DNA of 64,000 bases from an uncultured Actinomycetota bacterium. GTDB lineage: Bacteria; Actinomycetota; Actinomycetes; S36-B12; UBA10799. Position numbers and translations under genes: made by a program. How positions within the stretch are numbered: position 1 is the stretch's first letter; every line of letters starts with the position of its first letter. Positions 56,637 through 64,000 of the stretch are shown one piece after another. The stretch spans positions 887,722 to 951,721 of the forward strand of contig CAVYLN010000001.1 in NCBI GenBank assembly GCA_963769435.1, written 5' to 3'. Below the pieces are notes generated by a model that was not told the origin of the DNA, did no database searches, and was given only the letters and a program-made list of their open reading frames with translations.

Positions 56637-58399
56637 CGCAGGTGCATCGCGATCGATCGGTGCAACTCAGCCTCCTCCGCCCGGTCGGTCGGACCCACGA
56701 CCACGGCGTTGAGGCCCGTGTGAGAGGAGGCGACCCGTAGCGCCTCCCGCAGGTCCGGCCCGTCATGAACGCGCACACCGTGTGCCTGCAAGAGCGCTCT
56801 GATGTCAACACCGACCGGCGTGCCGAACACCCTCTCGAACACGTCCGCCATGCTCGGGTCCGCCTGCTCCAGCGAACCGAAGATCCCGCCCCCGCCGTTG
56901 TCGACGACGAGCAGGCAGAGGTCCGGCCGCGGTTCTGTCGCACCGAACAGCAGTCCGCTCTCGTCGTGCAGCAGGGCCAGGTCGCCCAGCATCGCGAACG
57001 CTCGGCCTCCCCCCGCGCTCTGATGGGCCAGTGCTGCCCCCACCGCCGTGGAGACCAGTCCGTCGATGCCGTTCACTCCCCGATTGGCCAGAACCCGCGG
57101 GGGATCCGACCTCACGCCTGCGACAGCCTCCAGATCCCGGATCGACCGCGACGACGCGACGAAGACCAGGTCGTCGGGCCCCACGACGTCCCACAAGGCC
57201 TGCGCGGCGTGCATCCCGGTCGTCAGCGTCGAGGACTCCAAGGCCTTCTCGATCACCCGACTCGCTGCGGCGTCGGCCATCAGCCAACTGTCCAGCCATT
57301 CGCTGGATTCCGGCACCTCCGCCTCCGACGGCGGCGCGGGGACCGACCCCAGCACTGCGATCGCGGTGCGGGTGGGGTCTGGCCAGTCGGTGGTGCGTTG
57401 CGGTTCCGAGTGGATATGGACGTCGGCCTCCCTGATCAGGGCCAGCAGTCCACGGCTCAATCCGACCTTGCCCACTGTGACGACCACGTCCGGGGTGTGG
57501 TCGGCCCGGAACGTCTCGCTCGCGGTGAGCAGGCTCGCGTGGGCCAGCGCGACCGATCCGGCGCGCGCCTGACCAGTCGGTTCGCTGTGCAGGGGCCAAC
57601 CGCACGCCTCCGCGAGTTCCACCGCGGCGGCGGCGTCCTCAGGGTCGTCGATGTCCCCGACGACCACCAGTCCGCGCTGCGGGAGTTCGCTCTCGGCCAG
57701 GTCGTCGAGCACCTCGTCGATGGGCTCCTGCACGCTGAGCATCAGTCGGCGGTCGACGGTCCAGGTGCGGATGACCTGCACCTCGTCACCGTCCTCGTCG
57801 ACGAACGCGAGCCCGTCGTGGCCCACCAGCGGCTCGACCCATCCCTGGTCACCGTCGGGCACCAGGGGGTCGCGAAGTGCGACGTTGAGGTGTACCGGGC
57901 CCCGTTGCCACGGATGTGTGGCCACCGCACAGGCCCTGGACACCGTGCTTCGCCAGTACCCGACCTGACCCCGGCCCCGGGTGGGCGCCTCGAGGTCGGC
58001 CGACCAGCGCACGACCCCGTCGAAGACGCGCACCTGATCGATCGTCTGGTTCGCGCCGGTCTGGCGCAGTTCCGCGGGACGATCGGCGGTCAGCAGAATG
58101 ATCGGAAGTGCACTGAACCACGCCTCCTCCACCGCCGGCAGGAGGTTGGCGACGGCTGTGCCGGAGGTCGTGATCACCGGCACAGGCGCACCACTGCGTT
58201 TGGCCAGACCAACCGCGAGGAATCCGGCACTGCGCTCGTCTATGCGAACGTGCAGTCGGATCTCGCCCCGGTCGTGGGCCCGAGCCGCCTCGATCGCCAA
58301 AGGCGCGCTGCGCGACCCCGGGGACAGGACGACGTCGTTGACCCCGGAGCGCACCAGTTCATCGATGATCACCTGCGCAGCGGCAGTTGCCGGATTCAC
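56633..58399 (-). CDS. menD: 2-succinyl-5-enolpyruvyl-6-hydroxy-3-cyclohexene-1-carboxylate (SEPHCHC) synthase
   Basis: 588 aa, GTG start. SPGSRSAPLA, HVRIDERSAGFLAVGLAK, TSGTAVANLLPAVEEA, and the ThDP motif region GDLALLHD..NNGGGGIF. Confidence 0.95.
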   Translation of the reverse strand: MNPATAAAQVIIDELVRSGVNDVVLSPGSRSAPLAIEAARAHDRGEIRLHVRIDERSAGFLAVGLAKRSGAPVPVITTSGTAVANLLPAVEEAWFSALPIILLTADRPAELRQTGANQTIDQVRVFDGVVRWSADLEAPTRGRGQVGYWRSTVSRACAVATHPWQRGPVHLNVALRDPLVPDGDQGWVEPLVGHDGLAFVDEDGDEVQVIRTWTVDRRLMLSVQEPIDEVLDDLAESELPQRGLVVVGDIDDPEDAAAAVELAEACGWPLHSEPTGQARAGSVALAHASLLTASETFRADHTPDVVVTVGKVGLSRGLLALIREADVHIHSEPQRTTDWPDPTRTAIAVLGSVPAPPSEAEVPESSEWLDSWLMADAAASRVIEKALESSTLTTGMHAAQALWDVVGPDDLVFVASSRSIRDLEAVAGVRSDPPRVLANRGVNGIDGLVSTAVGAALAHQSAGGGRAFAMLGDLALLHDESGLLFGATEPRPDLCLLVVDNGGGGIFGSLEQADPSMADVFERVFGTPVGVDIRALLQAHGVRVHDGPDLREALRVASSHTGLNAVVVGPTDRAEEAELHRSIAMHLR

Positions 58400-58459
58400 T
58401 GCTCCACTGTGACACGCACGTCCGCCGCCGCGATCGCGAGGAGGACCTGCCGGGACCGC

Positions 58460-59344
58460 TCAGACTCCGGTCACCTGCGCCGCCCGCTCGATCCGGCGCC
58501 GCCAGTACTCGAGGTCCTCCACCGCCTCGGGCAGATCTGGATCCAGCGTCGGATAGCCGGTCCAGGACAACTGCCCGGACGACGGCAGGATCGCTCTGGT
58601 CGTGTCCTGCGCGAACAGGGCTCCGGTCCCCAGACCGCAGGCCAGCGGCGCCTGCGGCAGGCTGCAGGCCGCGGCCACCCCTGCAGCGAGCCCCATGGAG
58701 CTGTCCAGCGCGCTGGAGATGACCACCGGGAGGCCCACCCGACCTGCCACGTCCAACGTGGCGGCCACCCCGCCGAGCGGGGCGACCTTGAGCACGGCGA
58801 CATCGGCGGCCCGCGCGACATCGTCGAAGCGGCGGTCGATCCGGATCAACTCGTCGGCAGCCAGAGGGACCGGTGACCGGTCATGTAGCGCGACCATGTC
58901 GTCGAAGCTACGGACAGGCTGCTCGGCGTACTCGAGTCCGAACTCGGCGAGCGCTTCGAGTTCCTGCAGGGCCTCGGGCAGCGTCCAGGCCCCGTTGACG
59001 TCCACCCGCAGAGCGGCATCCGGCAGAACCTCACGGACCGCCGCCACCCGCTCGCGGCCGGCGGCGTCGCCCACCTTGATCTTGACCGTCGCGCAGCCCG
59101 CGGACAGCGCCATCCCGGCCGCATCGTGCGGCCCGACGGCCGGGATGATCGCGTTGACCCTCACGTCGCTGCGCACTGGATCGGGCCACCGGCCATCGGC
59201 CTGCTCGAGTGCGCATGACAGCCATCGGGCGTCCGCGATCGCGTCATAGTCGTCGAAGGGCGCGAACTCCCCCCAACCGTGTTCCCCCGAGATCAGGCAC
59301 CCCCGTCGCTGGGACAGGCCCCGGAACGGCGTGCGCAGATCCAA
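58460..59344 (-). CDS. menC: o-succinylbenzoate synthase
   Basis: 294 aa, TTG start directly after the in-frame menB stop. GWGEFAPFDDY, KIKVG, RVDVNGAW, EYAEQP, ADE enolase-superfamily pattern. The N-terminus looks short. Confidence 0.85.
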   Translation of the reverse strand: MDLRTPFRGLSQRRGCLISGEHGWGEFAPFDDYDAIADARWLSCALEQADGRWPDPVRSDVRVNAIIPAVGPHDAAGMALSAGCATVKIKVGDAAGRERVAAVREVLPDAALRVDVNGAWTLPEALQELEALAEFGLEYAEQPVRSFDDMVALHDRSPVPLAADELIRIDRRFDDVARAADVAVLKVAPLGGVAATLDVAGRVGLPVVISSALDSSMGLAAGVAAACSLPQAPLACGLGTGALFAQDTTRAILPSSGQLSWTGYPTLDPDLPEAVEDLEYWRRRIERAAQVTGV

Positions 59345-59371
59345 TCGGAACGGGAGCAGGCGACGCTGCGT

Positions 59372-60292
59372 TCACGGACGTTTCGGGAACTTCTCGAACT
59401 CCGGACGACGCCTCTGCGTGTAGGCGTCGCGACCCTCCTGGGCCTCCTCGGTCATGTAGAAGAGCAGGGTGGCGTCACCGGCCAGCTGTTGCACTCCGGC
59501 CAGTCCGTCGTCCGCGGCGTTGTGTGACGCCTTGAGCATGCGCAGGGCCAATGGCGACAGTTCGAGCATCTCGCGCGCCCAAGCCACCGTCTCCTTCTCC
59601 AGGTCGGCCAGCGGCACGACGGCGTTGACCAGGCCCCAGTCGTAGGCCTGTTCGGCGCCGTACTGCCTGCAGAGGAACCACACCTCCCGGGAGCGTTTCT
59701 GCCCGATCTGGCGGGCCAGCAGCCCGGAGCCGTAACCGCCGTCGAACGAGCCGACCTTGGGACCGGTCTGACCGAAGCGGGCATTGTCGGCGGCGATCGT
59801 GAGATCACACACGATGTGCAGCACATGCCCTCCCCCGATCGCGTAGCCGGCGACCATGGCGATGACCGGCTTGGGCAGGCGGCGGATCTGGACCTGCAGG
59901 TCGAGGACGTTGAGCCGGCCGATGCCCTTGGCCGCGACCTCGTCGTCTCCGATGTAGCCGTCGTTGCCGCGGATCTGCTGGTCACCACCGGAGCAGAAGG
60001 CCCAGTCACCCTGTCCGGTGAGGATGATCACGCCCACGCTGTCGTCGTCGCGAGCCATCGAGAAGGCACGTTCGAGTTCGAACAGCGTCGGTGGCCGGAA
60101 GGCGTTGCGCTTGTGCGGTCGGTTGATCGTGATCTTGGCGATCCCGTCCGCGGTCTCGTACCGGATGTCGTGGAAGTCACCCTCGGCCTTCCAGGCCGCA
60201 GCGGGTTCGACGCTGGAGTGGGCGGGATCGGTGAACGCCGGGCTGTCCTGTGTGACAACCGGCGGCAACTCGTATCGGGTGCGACTATCCAT
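59372..60292 (-). CDS. menB: 1,4-dihydroxy-2-naphthoyl-CoA synthase
   Basis: 306 aa, crotonase fold: [47 protein letters not shown]. Confidence 0.95.
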   Translation of the reverse strand: MDSRTRYELPPVVTQDSPAFTDPAHSSVEPAAAWKAEGDFHDIRYETADGIAKITINRPHKRNAFRPPTLFELERAFSMARDDDSVGVIILTGQGDWAFCSGGDQQIRGNDGYIGDDEVAAKGIGRLNVLDLQVQIRRLPKPVIAMVAGYAIGGGHVLHIVCDLTIAADNARFGQTGPKVGSFDGGYGSGLLARQIGQKRSREVWFLCRQYGAEQAYDWGLVNAVVPLADLEKETVAWAREMLELSPLALRMLKASHNAADDGLAGVQQLAGDATLLFYMTEEAQEGRDAYTQRRRPEFEKFPKRP

Positions 60293-60361
60293 GCGTCAAG
60301 GCTAGATGAAGCACCGGCTTCCGCCGCCCGGGCCCGAGACCGACGCCTGGACCACAATGGG

Positions 60362-61336
60362 GTGGTGATCGAACTGCCCGCGGGACAGCACCCGGCGCAG
60401 ACCGCCCGCGCGGTGTTCCGGCACATCGCCCGGGGCTCACGCTTCACCTCGCCCGGCGCTGGCACCACTGACGCGGCGGACATCGTGCTTCGCACCTCCG
60501 GCAGCGCCGCCACGGCAAGATCGGTCGGGCACACGTACGCGGCCGTCCATTGGTCCGCCCGGACCTCCCGCACTGTGCTCGGGGACACGGGCTGGCGATG
60601 GCTGCTGCTCCTGGACCCTCTGTCGGCCGGGGGTTTCATGACCCTGGCACGCAGCCTGCGGGAGCCGCTGATCTGGCCCGGACTCGGCGGACGGTTCGAC
60701 GCCGAGGCCGTCATGCACTGGTACCCCGGCGGCGCCGACGCCACCTCAGTGGTCAGCACGCAACTGGCGCGACTCCTGCAGACCCCGGACGGGGTGACGA
60801 TGCTGCGTGACATGCAGGTGGTCCTCGTGGGCGGGGGGCCCTTGCACACCGGGTTGCGCCAGCGGTGCGCAGACCTCGGCATCCGCGTCGTGGCCACCTA
60901 CGGCGCCACGGAGACCCTGGGGGGATGTGTGTACGACGGGGTCCCCTGGCCGGGCGTACAGGTCACCCTGGACAACGGGCAGATCACGATGGACGGGCCG
61001 AACCTCTCGGCGTCGTACGTCCCCGGCCCGCAGATACCGCGTCCGTGGCCCACCGGTGACCTGGGCAGGTGGGTGGACGGCCGACTCGAGGTGCTGGGGC
61101 GGATCGACGACCAGATACCGGTCAAGGGCGTCAATCGGAACCTTCACGAGTACGAGCGGGAGGCGCTGGAGCGCCCGGGCGTCCTGGAAGCGGTGGCGGT
61201 GGCGGTCCCTGACGCCGTGGACGGCTACCGTGTGGTGGTCTTCGTCGAGGACGCCGAACAGCGGCTTCCGCGTCTGCCGACCGGCAAGCCGGACCGCAGA
61301 GAACTGCTCAGGAGGGCACGTGGCCAGCGTCGTTGA
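60362..61336 (+). CDS. menE: o-succinylbenzoate-CoA ligase-like (MenE-like) protein, divergent or degenerate; start uncertain
   Basis: The position between menB and menA and the motifs VVLVGGGP, ATYGATETLGGCVYDG, WPTGDLG, VLGRIDDQI and LPTGKPDR fit MenE. However, the adenylation P-loop reads TSGSAATARSV and the C-terminal region is shorter than in typical MenE. Confidence 0.6.
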   Translation: MVIELPAGQHPAQTARAVFRHIARGSRFTSPGAGTTDAADIVLRTSGSAATARSVGHTYAAVHWSARTSRTVLGDTGWRWLLLLDPLSAGGFMTLARSLREPLIWPGLGGRFDAEAVMHWYPGGADATSVVSTQLARLLQTPDGVTMLRDMQVVLVGGGPLHTGLRQRCADLGIRVVATYGATETLGGCVYDGVPWPGVQVTLDNGQITMDGPNLSASYVPGPQIPRPWPTGDLGRWVDGRLEVLGRIDDQIPVKGVNRNLHEYEREALERPGVLEAVAVAVPDAVDGYRVVVFVEDAEQRLPRLPTGKPDRRELLRRARGQRR

Positions 61337-62207
61337 GTGGATCGAGGGGGCCCGTCCGCGCACATTGCCGGCGGCGGTCTCACCGGTCGTCGCGGGCCTC
61401 GGTGTGACCGCCTACACCGGCACCGACCTGACGAATCCTGAACTGGCCCTGTTCGCGCTGCTGGCCCTGCTGGTCGCCTTGGCGCTGCAGATCGGCGTCA
61501 ACTACTTCAACGACTACAGCGACGGCGTGCGCGGCACCGACACGGTGCGGGTAGGTCCGGTCCGACTCGTCGGTCAGGGCCTGGCGCCGGCTCGCCAGGT
61601 GCGGACCGCAGCCCTCGTGAGCCTCGGTTTCGCGGCAGTGCTCGGCGCAACGCTCGTGACACTGTCCGGGCAATGGTTGCTGCTGCCGGTCGGCGCTGCC
61701 GCGATACTGGCCGCGTACGGGTACACCGGCGGAGCCCGCCCCTACGGATACCTCGGTCTCGGAGAGGTGTTCGTCTTCGTCTTCTTCGGCCCCGTCGCGG
61801 TGTGCGGAACCACGCTGGTCACCGGTGGCACGGTGTGGCCGGTGGCCGCGCTGACGTCGATCGCGATCGGACTGCTGACGGTCAACATCCTCGTGGCCAA
61901 CAATCTGCGCGACCGCCCGCTCGACGAACAGGCCGGAAAACACACGTTGGCTGTACGCCTGGGGGACGCGACCACACGCAGGCTGTTCGCCGTCGCCAGC
62001 ATGGTGGCGTTCGTGCTGGTGGCGTGGCTGGCGATCCTCACCACCCCCTGGGCACTTCTGGGGATGCTCGGGGCGTTGCCCGCCGTCAGGGCATCGCAGG
62101 ACGTTCTGGAGCACGCCTACGGAAAGGGACTGATCCCCGTCCTGCAGATGGCGTCGCTGTCGCTACTTCTGACCGGGCTGGGACTCGGTCTGGGCCTCAG
62201 CCTCTGA
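61320..62207 (+). CDS. menA: 1,4-dihydroxy-2-naphthoate polyprenyltransferase
   Basis: 295 aa from GTG 61320, overlapping the menE-like end by 17 nt. UbiA-family motifs NYFNDYSDGVRGTD and NNLRDRPLDEQAGKHTLAVRLG. Confidence 0.9.
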   Translation: MASVVEWIEGARPRTLPAAVSPVVAGLGVTAYTGTDLTNPELALFALLALLVALALQIGVNYFNDYSDGVRGTDTVRVGPVRLVGQGLAPARQVRTAALVSLGFAAVLGATLVTLSGQWLLLPVGAAAILAAYGYTGGARPYGYLGLGEVFVFVFFGPVAVCGTTLVTGGTVWPVAALTSIAIGLLTVNILVANNLRDRPLDEQAGKHTLAVRLGDATTRRLFAVASMVAFVLVAWLAILTTPWALLGMLGALPAVRASQDVLEHAYGKGLIPVLQMASLSLLLTGLGLGLGLSL

Positions 62208-62477
62208 GTCGACCGTCGCGTCCGTCCCGACGTCGGAGTCCTCCACGTCCTCGGCCGCGGCGGCTTGGTCGATCCTGTCGTTGACCCGGCCGATCGCCCT
62301 ACCCATCCCGGCTCCCACCTGCGCACGGGGACGGTCCAGCCAGACGTAGCTGAGCGCCCCGCTCACGAGGAACGCCAGCAGGATGAGCAGGAACCCCCGC
62401 GCTCCTGTCAGGTAGAGCAGGCCCCCGACCGCCAGCAGCAGGAGGATCCGCAGACTCGTGTAGCACGAAGAACGCAC
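62163..62477 (-). CDS. small two-TM membrane protein (DUF4229-like)
   Basis: 104 aa with two hydrophobic helices (LRILLLLAVGGLLYL, FLLILLAFLVSGALSYVWL) and an acidic tail. Its 3' end overlaps the menA 3' end by 45 nt (convergent). Confidence 0.65.
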   Translation of the reverse strand: MRSSCYTSLRILLLLAVGGLLYLTGARGFLLILLAFLVSGALSYVWLDRPRAQVGAGMGRAIGRVNDRIDQAAAAEDVEDSDVGTDATVDSEAEAQTESQPGQK

Positions 62478-62576
62478 GACCAGTACTCACCGTCCCAGGG
62501 TACGTCGGATCCGATCGGTGGTGTCCGGCACCATCACGATCCTGCCGATTTGACGGTGCGGGCGTACGATTGTTGC

Positions 62577-62828
62577 ATGGTGAAGGTGTTGCTCGTCATC
62601 GTCGCACTCGGTGTGATGATCTTCGCTTTCATAGACCTGTGGCAGGTGCCCGCCGCGGACGTGCGCGGGGGCAGTCGCTTCCTGTGGGCGGTGGCCATCC
62701 TGCTGTTGCCGGTCGTCGGCGCCGTGCTCTGGCTCTTCTTCGGGCGACTCCCGGCAGAGGAGCCGCCCCGGCGTTTCCTGCCGCCGGACGACGACCCCGA
62801 CTTCCTCGGCAGGATGCGATCCCAGTAG
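62577..62828 (+). CDS. small membrane protein with PLD-nuclease N-terminal-like (PLDc_N) domain
   Basis: 83 aa from ATG 62577: MVKVLLVIVALGVMIFAFIDL..RFLWAVAILLLPVVGAVLWLFFGR. Confidence 0.65.
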   Translation: MVKVLLVIVALGVMIFAFIDLWQVPAADVRGGSRFLWAVAILLLPVVGAVLWLFFGRLPAEEPPRRFLPPDDDPDFLGRMRSQ

Positions 62829-62840
62829 CGCGCCGGGGCC

Positions 62841-63764
62841 TCAGACTCCCGAGTACGAGTGCAGGCCGGAGGCGAAGAAGTTCACGCCGAAGTAGTTGAT
62901 CAGGAACGCCGCGAAGCCGATCAGCCCGATGATGGCGGCCTTGCGGCCCTTCCATCCCGCGGTCGACCGGGCGTGCAGGTAGCCCGCGTACACGACCCAT
63001 GTGATGAACGCCCAGGTCTCCTTGGGATCCCAACCCCAGTAGCGACCCCAGGCGTTCTCGGCCCAGATGGCCCCCGCGATCACGGCGAAGGTCCACACCG
63101 GGAACACGAAGGCGATGGTGCGGTAGGACAGCGAGTCCAGCCGGGCCGCGTTCGGCAGGCGGGAGGCGAGCCCGGATCCGGCCGTGCCCCGGTCCTCAGC
63201 GCGTTGCCGGATCAGGTAGGCGCCGATCAGTCCGGCGCTGAGGGTGAACGCTCCTCCGGAGATCGCGGCCGCGCTGACATGGATGACCAGCCACCAGGAC
63301 TTCAGGGCGGGCACCAGTTGCGCGGATTCGGTGTATAGCAGCGTGACCGCCACTCCCAGGGTCAGCAGCACTGCGCCGATCACCCACACGCCCAACCACC
63401 GCAGATCCGTACGGCTCGCAGCGATCAGGAACGTCAGCGCCACCGCGATGGCCGCCCCGAGGGAGAACTCGTACATGTTGCCCAACGGGAACCGTTCGGC
63501 GGCCAGCCCGCGCAGGACGAACCCCACGATCAGCAAACCGGTGGCCAACCATGCCAGCGAGATACCGATGTTCCCGCTGCGCCGACCCGGTTCCTCGACC
63601 TCGGCGGCTTCCCCGGTGGCGCCGGCAGGGCCGACCAGCACCGGCTTCTTGGCGGCCAGCGGTACCCGGCGTGCCGCCAGGGAAGCGGCGAATGCGAACA
63701 GCGAAAGGGTGTAGACCAGCATCGAGGCATAGACCGCGGCGTTGCTCAACTGGGCCATCGTCAC
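62841..63764 (-). CDS. ccsA: cytochrome c biogenesis protein CcsA/ResC
   Basis: 307 aa, polytopic, with the Trp-rich haem-handling motif WAENAWGRYWGWDPKETWAFITW. Confidence 0.9.
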   Translation of the reverse strand: MTMAQLSNAAVYASMLVYTLSLFAFAASLAARRVPLAAKKPVLVGPAGATGEAAEVEEPGRRSGNIGISLAWLATGLLIVGFVLRGLAAERFPLGNMYEFSLGAAIAVALTFLIAASRTDLRWLGVWVIGAVLLTLGVAVTLLYTESAQLVPALKSWWLVIHVSAAAISGGAFTLSAGLIGAYLIRQRAEDRGTAGSGLASRLPNAARLDSLSYRTIAFVFPVWTFAVIAGAIWAENAWGRYWGWDPKETWAFITWVVYAGYLHARSTAGWKGRKAAIIGLIGFAAFLINYFGVNFFASGLHSYSGV

Positions 63765-63794
63765 TTCTCCGTCTCCGTCAGCATCCCGGCGATC

Positions 63795-64000
63795 TCACGT
63801 CACATCGTCGTGGACACGACCCCCGCCGGAACGGCTCAGGCCCGCCACTTCGGCCACTGTATCCTCCTGCGCCGACAGCCTCACCCAAACCCGGCGGCGG
63901 TGCAGCAGCAGCGACATACTCACCCCGACGATCACCAGCGCGGCGGCGATCAGCGCCAGCCAGCGGCCGGGATCGTGGGCCAGCGAGAGGTTCGCGAAAT
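63795..64000 (-). CDS. ccsB: cytochrome c biogenesis protein ResB/CcsB, 3' end only (continues beyond window)
   Basis: The minus-strand frame reads ..FANLSLAHDPGRWLALIAAALVIVGVSMSLLLHRRRVWVRLSAQEDTVAEVAGLSRSGGGRVHDDVT-TGA. This is a terminal TM helix plus an RRVWVR tail typical of ResB, immediately upstream of ccsA. Confidence 0.65.
   Translation of the reverse strand, partial: FANLSLAHDPGRWLALIAAALVIVGVSMSLLLHRRRVWVRLSAQEDTVAEVAGLSRSGGGRVHDDVT

Noticed and set aside
60306-60368. ATG at 60306 (MKHRLPPPGPETDAWTTMGW-stop) as the true menE start with a downstream frameshift.
   Set aside because: The 20-codon frame shows no similarity to MenE N-termini that I can recognise, so I cannot support a specific indel. 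The start is left uncertain at GTG 60362.

Overview
Very GC-rich actinobacterial chromosomal core region, densely coding. I saw no rRNA, CRISPR array, transposase, integrase or prophage signature.

Left third: pdxH, an orphan ParA-like ATPase with a small RHH protein, a secreted beta-helix protein, a DtxR-family regulator coupled to a photolyase, a candidate c-di-AMP (ydaO-class) riboswitch in front of an NlpC/P60 hydrolase, an SDR, an aldose-epimerase-like protein and an MMPL transporter.

Centre, all minus strand: the canonical actinobacterial block tRNA-Tyr/Thr/Met - rpmG - MaoC dehydratase pair - murB ... tRNA-Trp - secE - nusG - rplKA - rplJL - rpoBC.

Right half: yajQ, an orphan NuoB/NuoC/ferredoxin trio divergent from korAB, rarD, a secreted GDPD, an FAD oxidase and an acyl-CoA dehydrogenase. 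Then comes a roughly 27 kb respiratory/menaquinone supercluster: polyprenyl synthase, nuoN-nuoA (14 genes, mostly chained by short start/stop overlaps, with a Rex-type operator upstream), menG, menF, menD plus a hotdog protein, menC, menB, a menE-like gene, menA, two small membrane proteins, ccsA and partial ccsB.

The most striking global property is about 23 single-base indels by hand reconstruction. They are mostly insertions and include compensating pairs. They interrupt 12 otherwise well-conserved genes (pdxH, photolyase, rplJ, aminotransferase, MaoC-N, korA, korB, rarD, FAD oxidase, nuoG, nuoE, hotdog), while rpoBC and the other nuo genes are intact. Without reads I cannot separate consensus error from real decay, so these genes are typed pseudogene only in the sense of a disrupted frame in this sequence.

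I do not see convincing evidence of a wholly new multi-gene system. The best follow-up candidates are the orphan NuoB-NuoC-ferredoxin module, the perfect 33-bp VNTR in rplJ, the paired palindromic repeat, the degenerate menE-like gene and the men-linked hotdog protein. Many long ORFs in the six-frame track are antisense shadows typical of high-GC DNA and were ignored. Genes under 60 aa (rpmG, a Cys-rich ORF) and the tRNAs are absent from the track and were found by reading the sequence.
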